This document shows positions 60,101 through 64,000 of a stretch of 64,000 nt of DNA, piece by piece. How positions within the stretch are numbered: position 1 is the first letter of the stretch; the number at the start of each line of letters is the position of its first letter. Position numbers and translations under genes: made by a program. Source of the DNA: Octopus sinensis (Eukaryota); contig NC_042997.1 in the NCBI RefSeq assembly GCF_006345805.1, positions 73,346,001 through 73,410,000 on the forward strand, in the 5' to 3' direction. The notes below the pieces were generated by a model. The model was not told where the DNA came from. It saw only the letters and a program-made list of their open reading frames with translations, and made no database searches.

Positions 60101-62380
60101 GCAAGGCGCCGGGTCTGGATGGTCTACCCTATGAGTTATATAAGAGTATGCCAGACTTGTTCGGGCACCTACTGGCGGAGGTCTATGCGAACTGGCAGCA
60201 GAACGGGCTTATACCCAGATCTGTGCGCCGGGGAGTAGTGACTCTCGTCAGAAAGGACCCGAGCAAGGGGGAGTGCATTGATAATTTCAGGCCCATCACT
60301 CTGCTAAACACAGAGTTGAAGATTTTGGCCAAAGTGTTATCGAAAAGATTGGCGCGTGTCGCGGATGGTCTGATCGGAGAGGCACAGACATGTGCCGTTC
60401 CGGGCAGATCCATTCAGGATAATCTCCATCTAATGCGGTACACTATAGAGGGGTTTAATAGTGATTCTGGCAAGGGTGGGGCACTGGTCCATTTAGACCA
60501 ATCTAAAGCTTTTGATAGGGTCGACCATCGTTACCTGGTATCTGCCCTGGCACAGTTCGGGCTGAGCCTTGGCTTCCTCAGGTGGATTATCCAAATTTAT
60601 GATAACATCGACTCGGTAGTTCGGGTGAACGGCTTCTTGTCGAAGCCGTTCAAAATCAAACGCTCGGTCCGTCAAGGGTGTCCGCTCTCCCCGCTTTTGT
60701 ACGTGATGGCTCTTGAGCCATTACTGCGAAAACTGAGCGGCATCCCGAGACAGCCAGGTAATGGAAAATCAGTGTCAGCGTACGCGGATGACATCACCAT
60801 CATCGTAACCGAAATGTACCACCTATGTAAAGTAGGCAAGGCCATAGAGGTTTACGAGACGGTGACAGGAGCAAAAGTTAATCGCGAAAAGTCAGTCGGC
60901 TTGCAACTCGGCACCTGGAGAGGCAAGTCGATGCCTCCTGACAGCGTCGTGGGACGTTGGACGGAGGGTCCGATTAAACTGCTAGGGGTCTGGTTCGGTC
61001 CAGACCTCCAAATAGAGAAGAATTGGGGCGAGGTAACGAGCAAGGTGGCTGCAGTAGCCAAGACCTGGTCTTGGCGGTGGCTATCCCTGAAAGGAGGGCG
61101 GAGGTGGCCAATGTGTTTATCGCATCGGTTATCACCTACCGCCTTTCCGTCGTTCCTTGCCCTGATTCGTGGTTGATCAAGTTGGAAAGACAGCTCTTCT
61201 ACTTCTTGTGGAAGGGCGGGAAACCACTTGTGAAACGCTCTACTTGCTGTCAACAACCGTTAAAGGGTGGGCTAGGGATGCCTTGGCTGATGATGCGCAG
61301 ACATGCGCTGAGGTTAAGACATCTGTGGCTCTACCTGGATGGTGAACGGGTGTGGTCTTCGCTAGCAAAACTGATGTTTCCCAAGTTCACTAGTTTCGGT
61401 GGATGGGAAACCTGGCTGAATCGTAGATCGAAACTTGGTACTTGGTACACGGAGTGTCGCAAGGCTCTCCTGCTATTCCGTCGCTCGGGCAACGCCTGCG
61501 GTGGGGGTTCCACCACATTCTTCTATAGAGGGTTGGTAGAGGCGGAATGTGAAGATACCTTGGGGGAAACCCTAGGTCTCGACGATAATCAGCTGGCCAG
61601 TCTGTTCCGACGTACGTTCGAGCCGAGGACACTGGACAACTTCCAGAAGTCTCTGGCATGGCAATGCTACAGAGGAGCTCTACCTGTTCGGGATAAACTC
61701 GCAAGGCACGGTGGCCAAGACAGTCCGATATGTCCAAGATGCGGGCGGGATAGGGAAACCGTCCCGCACGCTATTGTTCATTGTCCGGACGTGTCTGAGG
61801 TGTGGGTTTATGCCGAACACCTGTTGTCAGGTACACGAAGAGTACAGCTGTCGACTGAGTCGATTACAAAAATTGACCCACCGGATTTCCTCGTGAATGA
61901 AGGTAAGTTTCGTTTTCTCGTTGTAGTAGCAATTGCGAAAGAGGTGATATGGAAGACGAGAATGAAAGGTTTACAGTCAGGCAAGTTCATCTCCGGCCCT
62001 GGTTTGATGAAGTATTTCATCTTTCACCTGAAAAGGAAGATAGGGCTGGAGAGAATATGCCTGACTAGGAGAGTGTATGAAGAACGATGGAAGGATGTAG
62101 CACGAAAGTTGCGAGTGAAAGATACAACATAAATGTAATACCAAGCGCAACCAAAAGTATCAGTGGGGAGGCGGGGCTCGTGGGGTCCGAGCTAAACCCG
62201 CACCCACTCCACCCGTAATGTCTTCCGGTCTGTCCCATCATTCGATTTCTGTCCATTTATTGTAATTCATGAAAATTTTTAAATCCGATTTATTGTAAAA
62301 ACCCATTCGTTTGTCTGACCCCATCATCAGATTGTATTGTCCCATCTATGTTCGCCCCTTGTGGGTAATAATAAAACAAC
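57141..62380 (+). mobile_element. Full-length Tx1-clade LINE Y3 (ORF1 + ORF2 + 3' UTR)
   Basis: ORF1 ~57357-58729 (frameshifts at A runs; knuckle CFGCGKKGHVRAEC at 58156-58197), ORF2 58738-62132, AATAAA at 62370. Confidence 0.95.
58738..62132 (+). pseudogene. Tx1 ORF2 (APE-RT-CCHC), intact except for one 1-bp deletion near 61090
   Basis: CLNVRGL, ATETR, GDFN, SYLDRIL, YSDHKMV, LDQSKAFDRVDH, RQGCPLSP, YADDI (60781-60795) and CPRCGRDRETVPHAIVHC (61731-61784). CTGAAAGGAGGG here versus TTGAAAGGGAGGG in T2 marks the missing G. Confidence 0.93.
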
Positions 62381-62690
62381 ATGGAGGAAAGCACCTTCGG
62401 AAAGTGTCTTGGTGCGACTATGATAGGTATCTAATCAGAGGCGGTAAATTCGCCACAATAGAAGCAAGGTTCGAGTCAACGAAGCGTGCAAGGGAGTACT
62501 CGACTCGAACTTGTAAAGTGGAAATATATTATTTTTACCTTTATATCTGGGACGTAGGACGTTCTGGAAAAAATTTTAAATGCCCCCCCACTCCACCCCG
62601 AAGTAGAGGTAGGCTGGATTGTAGCCACACTTCTATACAAGAGGGATGACAAGATACAATTGATCGAAATTACAAGAGACGGGCTAACAA
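62381..62690 (+). pseudogene. 3' continuation of the older ORF1 split by the Y array
   Basis: MEESTFGKCLG, RGGKFATIEARF (62437-62472) and PEVEVGWIVATLLYKRDDKIQLIEIT align to the other ORF1s. Confidence 0.7.
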
Positions 62691-62841
62691 TTCCAGTCTG
62701 TTATATATTTTGAGTATTGTTATCATTAGCGATATCAAGATATAACTTTGTATTTTGTATTTTATGTGTATATGTATATATATAGATGTACATGTAATAT
62801 GTACACATATATATACACATATATACATGCACTAGCACTAT

Positions 62842-62871
62842 GACCCGGCAATGACGGGTCTTTAATGCTAG
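62842..62871 (+). other. Helitron 3' terminus
   Basis: Hairpin GACCCG-GCAATGA-CGGGTC followed by CTAG|T. Confidence 0.75.
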
Positions 62872-63100
62872 TATATGTATATAACTGAGAATGTGTGTCT
62901 GTCTGTCTGTCTGTCTGTCTGTGTGTTTCCCTAAAACTTGAGAACTACACAACCAATTTCATTCAAATTTTACACATGCCTTACTTAAGGTCCAGGGAGT
63001 GTCATCGTGTGGGATGTGCTAGAAACATCAGCAAAATCTCCCTTAAATCACTACCCATTTTGTCTGAAAAAATTTCAAGGTTTTTATTTTTACTGAAAAG
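62872..63100 (+). mobile_element. Helitron-like repeat, 5' part, directly after the preceding 3' terminus
   Basis: Same AACTGAGAATGTGTGTCTGTC...CCCTAAAACTTGAGAACTACAC motif as 52860. Confidence 0.7.
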
Positions 63101-63627
63101 GCTCCTCCCATCGTTTTTAAGTTCGTGGTGCCAAAAAATTGGTCAAAACCGGTCCGGGTAGAGAGGTAAGAGGGAGTTTAAAAAATTATTATATTCAAAA
63201 ATTTTTCTTCACAAAAAAGTGCCTCCCGCTTCATCATGTCAAAGGCCGTGGTAAAAAAAGATTGGAAAATTCTCCGTTAAAACGGAGAAAGGGGCAGCTT
63301 ATACGGGAGTCCTGATCAGAAACTTCGTTAACTTATGAAGAGTCCCAGAAAAAATAAGTTTTATAACGATATCCAAGCAAGCAATTAACTTTCAGGTAAA
63401 AATCTAAAATCAATTATACTAGATTCAATACAAAGAAATTGCGTTACACTACGATAATTGAAGAGTATGTAGCTCGGTTCCTTGATATTCATATTCTACT
63501 AATGTCAACATTGCTTTTTTTCCTTGAAAATCAGGCCATTATCATTTGTCTGTAAGTATATCTAACTATATACTCTCTCTCTCTCTTTCATATTCTCTAT
63601 CTTTCTATCTGCGTCTGTCTTTCTTGC

Positions 63628-63639
<12 letters not shown>

Positions 63640-63713
<74 letters not shown>

Positions 63714-63723
63714 TGAGAATGTG

Positions 63724-63754
<31 letters not shown>

Positions 63755-64000
63755 TTCCCTAAAACTTGAGAACTACACAACCAATTTCATTCAAATTTTA
63801 CACATGCTTTACTTAAGGTCCAGGGTGTGTCATCAGCAAAAATAATTTAACTTTTTCCCTAGGGCGAGCCCACAGCAATATCATATCTTCTTCACTATTT
63901 CAGTATTACGTGTTAAAAGTGAAACAAAAACATCTCTCTATTGTAATGCAGACACTTTAATACTCAAACTATTAAAGTGAAAGTATTATATAACAGTGAT
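63640..64000 (+). mobile_element. Helitron-like repeat, 5' part (runs off the window)
   Basis: Matches 52860-53260. Confidence 0.7.

Overview
Gene-poor eukaryotic DNA made almost entirely of transposable elements and microsatellites. The SINE, Helitron and RTE repeats resemble octopus (cephalopod) repeats as I recall them; this is an inference, not a database result. One conserved host gene is clear: tRNA-Phe(GAA) at 24166-24238. No host protein-coding gene is supported. Contents: (1) Tx1-clade LINEs (APE + RT + CCHC) at 1-1421, 14935-18644 and 57141-62380, the last near-intact. (2) Five ORF1-only (zinc-knuckle, no RT) derivatives in head-to-tail arrays at 18.6-20.2, 48.0-51.3 and 53.5-57.1 kb. 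(3) A ~17.7 kb same-strand chain of R4/Dong-type LINEs (RT + restriction-like endonuclease) mostly joined by (TAA)n tracts at 25.4-43.1 kb, one with a 1052-codon open frame. (4) A Tc1 element with IR/DR ends and an open DD34E transposase. (5) Tigger, mariner, RTE, Penelope/Naiad-like and Helitron remnants, SINEs and several long foldback palindromes. The most striking system is the ORF1-only family and its partners. Four ORF1-only elements and the autonomous element share a 3'-UTR hairpin whose G-rich loop co-varies with a downstream C-rich tract (pseudoknot), followed by a terminal stem-loop and AATAAA. Two retain a vestige of the ORF2 start. The arrays appear to insert at fixed sites inside coding sequences of other elements, in one case an older ORF1. 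All alignments and pairings were done by eye, and boundaries of decayed elements are approximate.
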